Source: Candidatus Eiseniibacteriota bacterium
GTDB taxonomy: Bacteria; Eisenbacteria; RBG-16-71-46
Direction: 5' to 3'
Assembly: GCA_963776245.1 (NCBI GenBank)
Contig: CAVZLN010000006.1
Span: 5,215 to 69,214, forward strand
DNA: 64,000 bases
Within the stretch, counting starts at the first letter, position 1. Each line of letters starts with the position of its first letter. Positions 9,317 through 19,297 of this stretch are shown here, one piece after another. Under the pieces are notes generated by a model. That model was given only the letters and a program-made list of their open reading frames with translations. It had not been told where the DNA came from and did not search any database. The translations under genes were made by a program, and so were the position numbers.

Positions 9317-10297
9317 TCAGCGAAAGCGTTCCTTCAGCTCGCCCCACGAGAGCCTCCTCGCCGCGGTCGTCAGGTTGCCGTAGACCTCGATGGTCCCGTG
9401 AAGATCGCCAGCTGCGAATAGGCGCCCCGACGCATCGACGGCGAGGCAATTCGCCGACGCGGACAGGCTCTGCGGCCCGAATGTCGTCCAAGATGCGACG
9501 ACGCCTCCGTCGAGTGTGTACTTCGTGATGCGGCCGGGTGTCGGCTCGCTGACGTAGACGTGGTTCGACGGCGCGAGCGCGATCCCCGGCGGGTAGTTGA
9601 CGGTCGCTCCCCCGACGGCCCCCCACTCCCCGAGCGGCTGTCCCGCGTAATCGAACTTCCTAACGTGGCAGCCGGAACTGAGCACGTAGAGATTGTCGCT
9701 CGCGTCGAAGCGAAGCCGCTGCGGCGACTCCCAACCGGGGCTGACCGCGAACCCGGTCACATAGCCGCCGGCGGACGTGAACTTATCGGCTCGTTTCTTG
9801 GTTGCATCGAGCACCCAGACGAAACCCTGATGATCGACGGCCAGGCCGATCGGGAAGCCCCACTCCCCGGGTCCGGTCCCCGGCGGTCGTGACCACCAGC
9901 CGACCAGCAGGCCGTCGATGGTGTAGCGGTAGACGATCGAGCCGAAGGGGTCGACGGCATAGATGTACCCCGCGGGGTGGATTGCGAAGTCCCAGGGAGC
10001 AAACCCGAAGTTGAGAACCGTCGAGAACTGGCCCGCGGGCGTGACTCGCTGCAGGTCCTTTCGTGCCCCATCCGATACATACAGGTTGCCCTGCTGGTCC
10101 ATCGCCATACTGCGTGGGGCCACCAGTTGGCCGGGGCCGTAGCCGGGGCCTCCCCAGGAGCCGATGTAGGTCGGCGGTGTCTCCTGCGCAAGGGCCACAT
10201 GGCATGCCCAGGGCGAGAAGAACGTCACTGCCAGGCTCAACCCGACCAGAGACATGCGAGTAGCCTTCGGCATCACACCCTCCGTGCTGGACACCAA
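9317..10297 (-). CDS. secreted NHL-repeat beta-propeller protein ending in the tail TAARRLSWGELKERFR
   Basis: Signal peptide MPKATRMSLVGLSLAVTFFSPWACHVALA. Repeated GxFxxPxGxAxDxxGNLYVxD blades. True start is likely an internal Met at about 10273. Confidence 0.8.
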   Translation of the reverse strand: MVSSTEGVMPKATRMSLVGLSLAVTFFSPWACHVALAQETPPTYIGSWGGPGYGPGQLVAPRSMAMDQQGNLYVSDGARKDLQRVTPAGQFSTVLNFGFAPWDFAIHPAGYIYAVDPFGSIVYRYTIDGLLVGWWSRPPGTGPGEWGFPIGLAVDHQGFVWVLDATKKRADKFTSAGGYVTGFAVSPGWESPQRLRFDASDNLYVLSSGCHVRKFDYAGQPLGEWGAVGGATVNYPPGIALAPSNHVYVSEPTPGRITKYTLDGGVVASWTTFGPQSLSASANCLAVDASGRLFAAGDLHGTIEVYGNLTTAARRLSWGELKERFR

Positions 10298-10708
10298 CGG
10301 ACCTGCTCCCCGGACCTTGCTGAACAGTGCCCCGCCACCCAGGCTCCTCTCCAGCTAGCTGGGGCTTCTCCTGATGCGCTGACGAAGCTGCGTAATCGTG
10401 AGGGCATGCGCGGGTCGATGGAGCATGGCGTGGCAATTGGGGCAGACCGGGATCAGGTCTCGGGTGACCAGCTCCCCGTCTTGCACGCAGTCGTGGCTTC
10501 AGTCCGCCGCGGTCCCGGCGAGCCAGAGTACTAGGTCGTGAACATCACGGACCAATCCTCCGCGTGACGCGGAAGTCATGCACATGTGGCTCGCATGCCC
10601 CGGCGACAAGCACTGTGAGCCTTTAGTAGTAATGATAGAGGGGCGGGCGGCCTTCGGCCGACTGCTACCCACCCCGAGCATTCCGTCGCAGCCCCTTCGC
10701 AGCGGCAG

Positions 10709-11197
10709 CTAAGGACTCACGAACTGCTTGTCCTTCTCGCTTGCCACGATCGGCTTACCCGTGACGCTCTTCAGCTGAAAGAGCATCTCCCGGTAATTCT
10801 GGTCGGCCCCCTGAATCAGCAATCCGCCCTTGGTCGAGTCTGCCTTGGCGTATTCAATGCCGATGAAATGGAGGCGCTGCTTGTGCAGCAAGCCGAAGAG
10901 AGCGATGGGCGCGACCACGATGCCGAGGGAGACCATCATCGCGACGTGACGATGCGCCTCCTGCCCGTAGCTCAGTCCCGTGACCTCCCTTGGGCTGCAC
11001 TCGAAGACCTGGCCGTCCTTGCTGATGAAGCGAATCTTCTCGGGGGTCACGGTGAATATGTTGTCCCAGTCCTTCGGGCCGACCTTCGTCTGCAACGGCC
11101 CCCCGTTGTAGCGGACCTTGTTCCATGTCGTGCCCGCATCGGCAAACGCGAGGTTCGCGAAGGCAAGAAGGAGAAGGATGGCGACGGCTTTACGCAT
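10709..11197 (-). CDS. hypothetical secreted protein/lipoprotein in a lower-GC island
   Basis: Internal start MRKAVAILLLLAFANLAFA preceded by ggagg. Codon usage is noticeably less GC-rich than neighbouring genes. Confidence 0.45.
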   Translation of the reverse strand: MRKAVAILLLLAFANLAFADAGTTWNKVRYNGGPLQTKVGPKDWDNIFTVTPEKIRFISKDGQVFECSPREVTGLSYGQEAHRHVAMMVSLGIVVAPIALFGLLHKQRLHFIGIEYAKADSTKGGLLIQGADQNYREMLFQLKSVTGKPIVASEKDKQFVSP

Positions 11198-11354
11198 AGC
11201 GACCTCCGAGTTAGGCACCGGCCAGACAGCTTCTACTCGGTGTGCGGCACGTGGGGTTTGCACCCCTAAAGCGGGTAGCATCCGCTGCTACGCAGCGGCT
11301 ACACGATCCCGTTGCCATCCTACTCCCCTTCGCTCCTCCACGCTCCGATTCACA

Positions 11355-11432
11355 ATGCGGAAGAGCCGGTTCACGGATGAGCCGATCGTCGCCATCGTGC
11401 GTGAGCGCGAGCGCGAGGCGTTCGACACCAAC
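11355..11432 (+). mobile_element. remnant of the N-terminus of an IS3-family transposase OrfA
   Basis: MRKSRFTDEPIVAIVRERE resembles the IS3/IS911 OrfA start (MKKSRFTEEQIIAIL). Similarity is lost after about 25 aa, so this is a fragment only. Confidence 0.3.
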
Positions 11433-11483
11433 CTCCGGCGCCAGCCGCGCACCTGGGGATCACTGCTGAGAACCCGGCGCGGT

Positions 11484-12050
11484 TCACTCGTCCGGGTGCC
11501 GTTGGGCGCTGGCGGACATCGCGGGATCCAGAGCGAGCTCCTGCGGTCCCAGCAGGAGGAACCAGATGCCCGGGGCCAGACCCCAGACGATGAGCTCGCG
11601 GATGCTCCGGCCGACGCCGGGTGCCTCATGCCCTCCCCCCCGGCTGCCGCCCATCCAGAACTCGAGCGCGAAGCTGGCGGCGAACAGGACCAGCTCGGCC
11701 GCGACGATGAGCGCGAGACCGCGGAGCAGCGCTCCCAGCCGTCCTGCCAGCCGCGTGCGGCGGCTGGCAAGACAGAGTGCGGCGAACAGACCGATCTCGA
11801 ACGGAGTCGAGACCCCGAGACCGGTCACGCGGATCGGGACTCCCAGCGAAGGGAGTACATACGAGAGGGTCTCCCCCAGCCAGCGCTGGTAGGGCAGCGC
11901 AAGATACCAGCACAGCGGCGCCAGCGCCGTGGCCCAGGCCAGCACACCGAGCAGCCAGCGCCCCGGCGCCTCTCTCGGCGTGACGCGCGGGCGAGGCGTG
12001 GTGGTGCCGCGGTTCGCCGTCTGAGGATGCATCGACAGGTCCCGGGTTGA
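11484..12050 (-). CDS. hypothetical integral membrane protein
   Basis: C-terminal 180 aa of ORF 11484-12509 contains 4-5 hydrophobic helices (LLGVLAWATALAPLCWYLAL, FEIGLFAALCLA, LALIVAAELVLFAASFALEFW, LIVWGLAPGIWFLLLG). The N-terminal part of that ORF is Arg-rich and probably not coding. Confidence 0.3.
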   Translation of the reverse strand, partial: STRDLSMHPQTANRGTTTPRPRVTPREAPGRWLLGVLAWATALAPLCWYLALPYQRWLGETLSYVLPSLGVPIRVTGLGVSTPFEIGLFAALCLASRRTRLAGRLGALLRGLALIVAAELVLFAASFALEFWMGGSRGGGHEAPGVGRSIRELIVWGLAPGIWFLLLGPQELALDPAMSASAQRHPDE

Positions 12051-12218
12051 GCCGCGGCGACCTCGTCTCGAGAGCGAGTCCTGCACCGCGGGCGACAGTA
12101 CCTTGAAAGCCCTTGACCGGGTCGACGGCCTCGCCGACCCTCCTTCTGTCACACGATCACGCGCCCGCGGAAGCTCATCGAGCGCTCGGCGACTCGATCC
12201 AGCGAAACGGACACTACC

Positions 12219-12803
12219 ATGCCCCACGCTCCCCATTCGCGAGCGCATCCGCTCAAGCGCGCGTCTCGGTCGGACCAGCAGGCCCCGGGTCGGGGCGGGG
12301 CGCCGGAGCGCGGTCCGCGGCGCATCTCGCCAGCCGCGGCGTATCTGCTGAAGGCCGGATCGGGGTTGCTGGTGGTGCTCTGGCTGCCCGCCCGCTTTCC
12401 GCAGGTCGAGCACCGGGCGATCGAGGCCACGGTCTTCTGCCTGCGGGCCGGCTTCGCCGCGATCGGTGATCCGGTGAGTGTCGTCGGCAATACCCTCACG
12501 CTCCGGCACTTCTCATTCACCATCGTTCCCGACTGCACGCCGCTGATGCCGACCCTGCTGGCGGCGATCGCCATCCTGGCGTTCCCGAGTCCCTGGCGGG
12601 CTCGGGCCTGGGGCCTCGGCGCGGCGGTCGCGGTGCTCTGGTTCTACAATCTGTTCCGGATCATGGCCCTCATGGGGCTCACGGTCGTGTGGCCGGGCGC
12701 CTTCGAGTTCGCGCACGTCTACCTGTGGCAGACCGTGACCCTGGTGGTCGTGGTCGGCACCGTGGTGACCTGGATGCGATTCGCCGTGCGCGCGACTCGC
12801 TGA
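12219..12803 (+). CDS. exosortase/archaeosortase-family protein (short form: catalytic C-terminal region only)
   Basis: FSFTIVPDCTPLMPTLLAAIAILAF (Cys-containing motif analogous to exosortase xCSGL) followed by WFYNLFRI (conserved Asn..Arg motif) and further TM helices. The N-terminal 45 aa are not hydrophobic. Confidence 0.5.
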   Translation: MPHAPHSRAHPLKRASRSDQQAPGRGGAPERGPRRISPAAAYLLKAGSGLLVVLWLPARFPQVEHRAIEATVFCLRAGFAAIGDPVSVVGNTLTLRHFSFTIVPDCTPLMPTLLAAIAILAFPSPWRARAWGLGAAVAVLWFYNLFRIMALMGLTVVWPGAFEFAHVYLWQTVTLVVVVGTVVTWMRFAVRATR

Positions 12804-12945
12804 CGCACGAGGTGCGGAGCCCGGAACGGATTGGCCGTCGCACGCCGGACGGGATATCCTGCCGCGCTCGAACCCAACGCGGCCCGGTGGACCGCTCCCC
12901 CTCGCGCGCCTCCCTCGCGCCCGCGCGTCAGCCTCAGGAGACCCC

Positions 12946-13204
12946 ATGAGCATCGAGGAGACCATCCGCGACTTCCTGCTGCGCGAGCTTCTCTACGCCG
13001 AGCCGGGCACGACGCTGGACCTCGACGAGAACCTGTTCAAGCGGCGCGCCATCGACTCCATCGGCCTGCTGCGCGTGGTCGGCTTCCTCGAGAGCACCTA
13101 CGACATCGAGCTGATCGACGATGACCTGGCGCCCGGGAACCTCGAGACGGTCGGGTCGCATCGCGGCGCTGGTCCGCCGCAAGCTCGACGCGAAGGCAGG
13201 GTAG
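12946..13204 (+). CDS. acyl carrier protein (frameshift near 13160 fuses it in the track to the downstream gene)
   Basis: LFKRRAIDSIGLLRVVGFLESTYDIELIDDDL is ACP-like, with the DSIG phosphopantetheine-attachment site. The expected C-terminus IAALVRRKLDAKAG* is found in the +1 frame ending at 13204. Confidence 0.6.
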
Positions 13205-13209
13205 GAAGC

Positions 13210-13842
13210 ATGGGCTCGTTCGACGACCTGGCGCTCGACCTCGCGCGGCTGCGGCGCTATGGGCGGGAGCGGAACTGGCTCGGCTGGCTGCTCCTGATCG
13301 TCAGCACCGAGGAGCTATGGGTGATCGTGACCTATCGCCTCGCCCGCTGGTCGCTCTTCGAGTGCCGGGTGCCGGTGGTGCGCCAGCTGCTCTCGTTCAT
13401 CTTCCGCGCCCATCTGCGGCTGCTGCGCGTGCTGCTCCACGTCTGGATCGCGCCCCAGGCCAGCATCGGCGGCGGGCTCTACATCAATCACTTCGGCACC
13501 ATCTGGGTGAACCCCAGCGCGGTGATGGGCCGCTTCTGCAACCTGCACCAGGGCGTCACCATCGGCCAGGGCGGCCGCGGTGCCACGTTCGGGGTGCCGC
13601 GGCTCGGCGACCGCGTCAACCTCGGACCGTACGCCACCGTCCTGGGCCGCGTGACGATCGGCAACGACGTGCTCATCGGCGCCAATTCGCTCGTCGTCCA
13701 GGACATCCCGGACCACGCCGTGGCCATCGGGGTGCCCGCGCGGGTGATCTCTCTGCAGGGAAGCGGCATCCCGGAGGATCCAACTCAGCCGGTGGCTCCC
13801 GATGAGACGATCGCGCCGCCGCCGGTCGCGCGAGGAGATTGA
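13210..13842 (+). CDS. hexapeptide-repeat acetyltransferase (serine O-acetyltransferase/CysE-like)
   Basis: ATG at 13210 preceded by aggaag. QASIGGGLYINHFGTIWVNPSAVMGRFCNLHQGVTIGQ...RLGDRVNLGPYATVLGRVTIGNDVLIGANSLVVQDIPDHAVAIGVPARV shows left-handed beta-helix hexapeptide repeats. Confidence 0.7.
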   Translation: MGSFDDLALDLARLRRYGRERNWLGWLLLIVSTEELWVIVTYRLARWSLFECRVPVVRQLLSFIFRAHLRLLRVLLHVWIAPQASIGGGLYINHFGTIWVNPSAVMGRFCNLHQGVTIGQGGRGATFGVPRLGDRVNLGPYATVLGRVTIGNDVLIGANSLVVQDIPDHAVAIGVPARVISLQGSGIPEDPTQPVAPDETIAPPPVARGD

Positions 13843-13882
13843 TGCTCCCCTTGGCGCGTCGTGGGCGTCGGGCCGCCTTCGA

Positions 13883-14761
13883 TCACCGATAGATCGTCTT
13901 CACCGCGCCCCAGGTCCTCGAACGCGTCGCCGTGGGCACGCACGGGCTGGGTGTGCAGGTGGTGCCGGGACCGGCGGGTGAGCCGCCGAGCAGCGTGCAC
14001 TCACCGGGGAACTGCATCGAGCAGCTGTTGTCCGACAGGCAGCAGGCCTGCACCGTGGGCAGCGAGAGTTCCACGCTCACGTCGTCGATGTAGTAGTACG
14101 CGCCGCCCGGCCACAGGCCCGGGCCCGGCACGGTCGAGGTGCTCGCGTCGTCATGGAAGCTGCCGATGACGATGTGGTCCTCCCCACCGCTCGCCACCAC
14201 CACGCCGCTGATCAGGGTCCAGCCCGTGGCATCGGTCAGGTGCACGTTGGCGGCGCTCTCCACCTGAGGCGTGACCGCGAGAGGTGCGTAGTTCGGCACC
14301 GGACCCACCGGGCCCACCGACAGGTAGGCGCCCAGTCGATCGATCGCGAGCATGGATTGGTCGGCCAGCGACACGTAGAACTGGACGAGATACGCGGTGT
14401 TGGCCACCAGCGGTGAAGTGAGGGGCGCCTGCACGTACTCCCGGTAGTCCGCGGCGGCTGACAGCGGGATGAGCCCGGCGTAGCCCACGCCGCTGTGCGC
14501 GGCCTGGTAGCCCTGCTCGTTCTGGGGCACGTTCACCGACGGGAACACCACCGGCGCGCAGGCGTTCAGATAGTCCGACGTGCCGGTGGTCGGCGCATCC
14601 CACGGTGCGGCCTGGTAGGTCTGGCCGAAACTGGTGGGACAGCTCACGTAGCTCTCGAAGTTCCCGTTGGGGACCAGATTCACGGCGTGGGAGGCGCGGG
14701 GGGCCGCCAGCATCGCGCACACCAGACCCAGCGCTGTGATCCGATCGAGGCGGAGATCCAT
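13883..14761 (-). CDS. secreted hypothetical protein ending in the tail TATRSRTWGAVKTIYR
   Basis: Signal peptide MDLRLDRITALGLVCAMLAAPRASHA. No recognisable catalytic motifs. The C-terminal 16 aa are alignable with the C-terminus of the NHL protein. Confidence 0.5.
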   Translation of the reverse strand: MDLRLDRITALGLVCAMLAAPRASHAVNLVPNGNFESYVSCPTSFGQTYQAAPWDAPTTGTSDYLNACAPVVFPSVNVPQNEQGYQAAHSGVGYAGLIPLSAAADYREYVQAPLTSPLVANTAYLVQFYVSLADQSMLAIDRLGAYLSVGPVGPVPNYAPLAVTPQVESAANVHLTDATGWTLISGVVVASGGEDHIVIGSFHDDASTSTVPGPGLWPGGAYYYIDDVSVELSLPTVQACCLSDNSCSMQFPGECTLLGGSPAGPGTTCTPSPCVPTATRSRTWGAVKTIYR

Positions 14762-14888
14762 GGGGCTGCTCCTGTTGGGGGTGGGATCAGGGCCGCCGAG
14801 CGGCCCCACCTTAGGTGCGCGCTGCCACCCCTCGATTCGGAATATCACGGGGCGGACAACTTCCGTCGAGCATCGCCCAGCGAGTTCC

Positions 14889-16488
14889 CTAACGCGCGCC
14901 GAGCCAGGCCACGCGGCGCACCAGCGACCCGCGCTCGCTCGCGACCCGCGCGAAGTACACCCCCGCCGGCGCGTGCCCGCCCCCGTCGCGCTCGCCCTCC
15001 CATGCGACTCCGCCGGAGCCGCGCGCCAGCACGCGCGTCCAGATGGCTGCGGCCGGCGAGATCACGCAGTTCGAGTCGCACGGCGCCATCCGCGCCCGTC
15101 ACCTCGAACCGCATGCTTCCGCGCGCCGGATTGGGGGTGGCCCGCAGGCCCAACCCGCCCGCTCCGCCCCCGCGCGGCCCGTCTACCCCCGCGCTCGGCG
15201 TGGGCGTGAGGCGCAGCAGCACGAAGTCTCCGGCGTCGAGCGTCAGCGCCACGCGACCGCCCGCGTCCACCGCGAGTGAATCCCAGGTCGAGCCGTCGTC
15301 GCTCAGTCGCGACGCTCCCCCTGGGCCGACGAGCGTGAGCGTCACCGTCTGCGGCGCGAGCGAATCGGCGTTGGCGACGAAGACGCACGCCGTGCCCGTG
15401 GAGTCCGCGAATCGGCCCAGCGTCGCGCGGCCCTCGACGGCGTCGACCCACGCGTCCGGCGCGAACGGCACGCCGCCGGGGGGCACCGAGCCGGCGTGCT
15501 CGGTCCGGAGCCACTGCATCCCCGCGAGGGTGTTGCCGAGTGGCGCCAGGCGCGCGTTGAGCGTCTTCACCATGTCGTAGTAGGGCGTCTGCGCGCCGGT
15601 GTCCCACGCGATCATCGCGAGTTGCCAGGCGACCGGCGGCCCGGGCGTCCAGTAGGTGAAGTACCCGATGCCGCGCGCACCCCACGCGAGCCACTGCGCG
15701 ACCTGCCAGCGCAGCATGCCCTCGGTGACATGGCGGTACACCCAGTGTTCCACCAGCTGGACGATGCCCCAGAACGGCAGGTCATTGGCGCGCGCGACCG
15801 CCGCGAGCGTCGCGATGTTCTCGGTCAGCTGCAGCGCGTCGCCGTCGATCCGGAAATCGTAGTGGTTGTTGCAGAGCACCGCCGGGTGCGTGGCGGCGAC
15901 GTACTCCTCGACGTACGCCTGGAAGTCGGCCTGGCTCGCGAACGCTCCGATCGAGGGCAAGTCGTTCCACGCCGGGTGATCGGGATCGCGCGTGCGCAGG
16001 ATCCCGAACCACTCGCCCAGGCGCGGGAAGACGGACGCGGCGGGTTCGTCGCCCAGGTAGTAGCCGAGGAAGGCGGGGTCGTCCCGATAGCGGGAGACGA
16101 TCGTGTCCGCGAGCGCGAGCGATGCCGTGTCGGCGGCCGAGACCAGGTCGAGCTCGTTGTCGAGGAGCAGATTGCGCACCCCGGTGGGGCGCGTGGCGTC
16201 GAGTCGCAGGAGATTGTCCGCGACGGTGCCCGAGTCGTCCGCGGCGAGGACGGTCACATTGAACCCGGTGGCGGCGAGCTCGGCATAGCGCGCCGGGGTC
16301 GTCGAGTCGCGCGGCGGGCTCACCCAGCCGAACAGCGCGAAGCGCGGCAGCGCCGCGCCGTATCCCGCATTGGCGTGTGCGGCGGGCGGGCGCTCGGCCG
16401 CGCGCGCCGGGCCGCACGCCGCGGCGAACAGGGCCACCAGCGCGAGGCACACCGACCGTCGAGCCGAGCGGGGCATGGACCTCTTCAT
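14889..16488 (-). CDS. secreted glycoside-hydrolase-like protein with FlgD-Ig-like C-terminal sorting domain (frameshift near 15050-15090)
   Basis: Signal peptide MKRSMPRSARRSVCLALVALFAAACGPARA. C-terminal domain is split between ORF 14845-16569 (LGLRATPNPARGSMRFEVTGADGAVRLELRDLAGR) and ORF 14889-15089 (WEGERDGGGHAPAGVYFARVASERGSLVRRVAWLGAR). Confidence 0.5.
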
Positions 16489-16795
16489 CGCGATGCCATC
16501 GCCGGTCACCGAGCGATGGGAGTCAGGGGGACGGGGCCTGGGCCCCGGTCGGATTCGCCGGTCGCTCACCGTGCGGCACGGGACTCACCGGCTCGAACTC
16601 CGCCGGCAGTGTAGCGCAGGAGCCGCCGCCTCACGAAGGGATTCCCGCGGCGTCCCGGAACCCGGTGCCCGGGTCGTTTTCCGTTGAATGCATCGCGCGC
16701 ACCATGCACACTGCTCGCGTCGATCGGGCCTCCACGAACTCGGCCGACGCGTCCATTCTGGGCGCGTGCGCCGGGCGGAACCCACACGAGGCCAA

Positions 16796-19225
16796 ATGGT
16801 CGCCGCGCTCCCGGTCCTCACGCTCCTGATCGTCCTTGCCGCACCGGTCGACACCTCCTCGCCACCGCCCGCACCTGCGGCACCGCCGGAGACCACCGCG
16901 GTCCACCCGCGCGTGGTGCGCACCTTCCCGCCCATCGAGGTGAGCGCCCTGCTTCCCGACATGCGCGCGAGCCAGACCGTGCACCTGATCCCGGGCGCCG
17001 TGCTGCACTCCTTCCCCGTGCACGACCTCGCGGACGTCATCGCCCTGCAACCGGGCGTGGTGGCACAGGCCGAGGAGCTCCACGTGCGGGGCGGTCGCGC
17101 GGGCGAGACCGTGGTGAGCATGGACGGCCTGAGCCTCAACGAGCCGCTGCGCCACCGCGCGATGGGAGTGCCCCTGCTCGCGTTGCGCGGAGCGGAACTG
17201 GTGACCGGCGCCCCCGAGGCGCGCTACGGCGGCGGACTCGCCGGGGTCCTGGATCTGCGCACCGTGGATCCCGCGCCGCGGCCATCGCTGGAGTGGCGCT
17301 GGACCAGCGACGGGCGGCGCGGCACGCACTACGACCGGGTCGCCGCGCGCGCGGGCACGCCGCTCCACGCGCTCGGGCTCGGCGTGGTGGCGGCGGCCGA
17401 CGCGACGCTCGACGACACCGCGTTGCCGATGCTGCGCACCGCGAGCCGGCACGAGGTGGCAGGCGGGTCGTTCGGGTGGCGGGCCGAGAACCGGATGCTC
17501 GGCTTCCTCAAGGTGGCTCCGGTGCGCGAACCCGAGCGTTACTCGGCGCAGCTGCTGGTCAGCCGCGGGGTGCACCGGCCCTACAACCCGAGCTGGTCCC
17601 TCGACGGCTGGACCTACGTGCCCGCGAATCTCAAGACCTCGCCGACCTTCAGTCCGGAGCCGCTGCCGGGTTACCAGCGCTACCGCGCCGCCGACCACCT
17701 CGCCATCACCGATGAACGACAGGCGGCCGCGCTGATCCGGGTCGCGACCCTGCACGAGCGCGGCCGCGGCAGCCTCGGCCTCGGATGGCTGCGGGCGCAG
17801 AGTGTCACCTCGGTCGGCGGCAGGCGCGAGCCGGCGAGCGCGGCGCATCGGCCGAAGTACGGGAAGCCGGTCGACCGCGATGGCTTCCATGTGCTGTGGG
17901 GCGACTACCCGCTCTACCGCGAGAGCGACTGCGACGTGCTCACGCTGCGGGGCGACGGCGAACTGCGCCGCAAGGACGGCAGCAGCGTGAGCAGCGGCGC
18001 GGGCCTCACCTACGAGTCGGTGTCCATGCGCGAGATGGATTGGATGCCGTTGACCATGCGCTCCGGGGACATCGGGCTGCCCCCGCCGCTGGATTCCCTC
18101 CGCAGCTATCGGGCGTACGCGCCCGGCGGGTACGCCTACGCCCAGGGTCGCTGGCTCAGCGGCGGGATGATCCTGAACGCCGGGCTGCGCACGGAGTACT
18201 TCACCCCGGGCCCGCAGGCCACGCAGCAGACCCTGCCGGGAAGCGCGGCCGGCATCTGGTCGTTCGCGCCCCGGCTCGGCCTGGCCTATCCCATCTCGGT
18301 GCGCGACGTGTTCTCGTTCGCGTACGTGCGCATGCAGCAGGCCCCGGGACGGGATTACCTGTACGACCAGCGCACCGCGATCAGCGATCGCCAGCCGCTC
18401 GGCAATCCGGCGCTCGGGCCGGCGACCCTGATCTCCTACGAGGCCGCGGTGAAGCACCTCGCCGGGCCCCGGTGGGCGATGCAGACCTCGGTGTTCTACC
18501 GCGACGTGTTCGGCCAGGTGGGCACGGTGGACCAGCAGATCGCGGAGGGCCCGATCAACCTGCGGTACGCCGGAGAGGATCAGAGCCACGTCTCGGGCTG
18601 GGAGCTGAGCGTGATCCACTCCGCGGCGCGCCGCCACCTCGAGGCGCACTACACGTGGATGGTCGCGGCGGGGAACGAGTCCCGTCCCGAGGGCGATCCG
18701 TACGGCCCGGTGCGCGCGGCGAACACCCCGGCGATCGGCACCCAGCCGCTGTCGTGGGATCGCCGCCACTCGTTCCTGTTCGCCGGCGCGTGGCAGTGGA
18801 GCCCGAGCGCATCGCTGGCCTGGTCCACCGCGCTGTCCTCGCCGCTGCCGTGGACGCCCAAGCAGCGGCGCCAGATGCTCACCGACCTCGGGCTCATCAA
18901 CAGCCGCCGTCTCGGGTGGACGGAGAACACCGATCTCGACCTGAGCTGGTCGCCGCGCCGCGCGCTCGGGCTCGCGTTCGGTCTCGAGGTCCGCAATCTG
19001 TGGAACGGTCGCGCGGAGCGCGCTGCGACCGTGGACGGCTACCCCAACCCGATCATCAACACGCTCTACGACGACTACGGCGCGTATCGCACCGAGACCG
19101 GGCTCGGAGGCGGCGCCTACTGGTCGCAGATGCCGGGCGAGGAGGGGCACTGGGTCCCGGTGCACGACGCGCGGCTCTACGCGCCCCCGCGCACGGTGCG
19201 GATGAGCGTCGGCGGGCGGTGGTGA
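16796..19225 (+). CDS. TonB-dependent outer-membrane receptor
   Basis: Signal peptide MVAALPVLTLLIVLAAP. Plug region HDLADVIALQPGVVAQAEELHVRGGRAGETVVSMDGLSLNEP. Long beta-barrel ending ...RTVRMSVGGRW (C-terminal aromatic residue). Confidence 0.8.
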   Translation: MVAALPVLTLLIVLAAPVDTSSPPPAPAAPPETTAVHPRVVRTFPPIEVSALLPDMRASQTVHLIPGAVLHSFPVHDLADVIALQPGVVAQAEELHVRGGRAGETVVSMDGLSLNEPLRHRAMGVPLLALRGAELVTGAPEARYGGGLAGVLDLRTVDPAPRPSLEWRWTSDGRRGTHYDRVAARAGTPLHALGLGVVAAADATLDDTALPMLRTASRHEVAGGSFGWRAENRMLGFLKVAPVREPERYSAQLLVSRGVHRPYNPSWSLDGWTYVPANLKTSPTFSPEPLPGYQRYRAADHLAITDERQAAALIRVATLHERGRGSLGLGWLRAQSVTSVGGRREPASAAHRPKYGKPVDRDGFHVLWGDYPLYRESDCDVLTLRGDGELRRKDGSSVSSGAGLTYESVSMREMDWMPLTMRSGDIGLPPPLDSLRSYRAYAPGGYAYAQGRWLSGGMILNAGLRTEYFTPGPQATQQTLPGSAAGIWSFAPRLGLAYPISVRDVFSFAYVRMQQAPGRDYLYDQRTAISDRQPLGNPALGPATLISYEAAVKHLAGPRWAMQTSVFYRDVFGQVGTVDQQIAEGPINLRYAGEDQSHVSGWELSVIHSAARRHLEAHYTWMVAAGNESRPEGDPYGPVRAANTPAIGTQPLSWDRRHSFLFAGAWQWSPSASLAWSTALSSPLPWTPKQRRQMLTDLGLINSRRLGWTENTDLDLSWSPRRALGLAFGLEVRNLWNGRAERAATVDGYPNPIINTLYDDYGAYRTETGLGGGAYWSQMPGEEGHWVPVHDARLYAPPRTVRMSVGGRW

Positions 19226-19297
19226 TCCGGTCCCGGTGCTGCCGCGTCCCCGCGCACCGGCTCCCGTGGCGTCCGGTCGCCCGGCCGCGCCGACGGA

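Noticed and set aside
8403-9383. 326-aa plus ORF
   Set aside because: Opposite strand carries a textbook Sel1-repeat protein; the plus-strand translation is Pro/Arg/Ser-rich without structure.
11118-12050. 310-aa plus ORF
   Set aside because: Extremely charged and low-complexity; only its first about 25 codons after the internal Met at 11355 resemble anything (the IS3 OrfA remnant).
12946-13842. Single 298-aa ACP-acetyltransferase fusion protein as given by the ORF track
   Set aside because: The canonical ACP C-terminus and a stop codon appear in the +1 frame at 13160-13204, and the acetyltransferase has its own RBS and ATG at 13210. The fusion is an artefact of a 1-nt indel.
16631-19165. 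844-aa minus-strand ORF
   Set aside because: Antisense to the TonB-dependent receptor gene; Arg/Gly/Ala-rich low-complexity translation typical of non-coding frames at 70% GC; no motifs.
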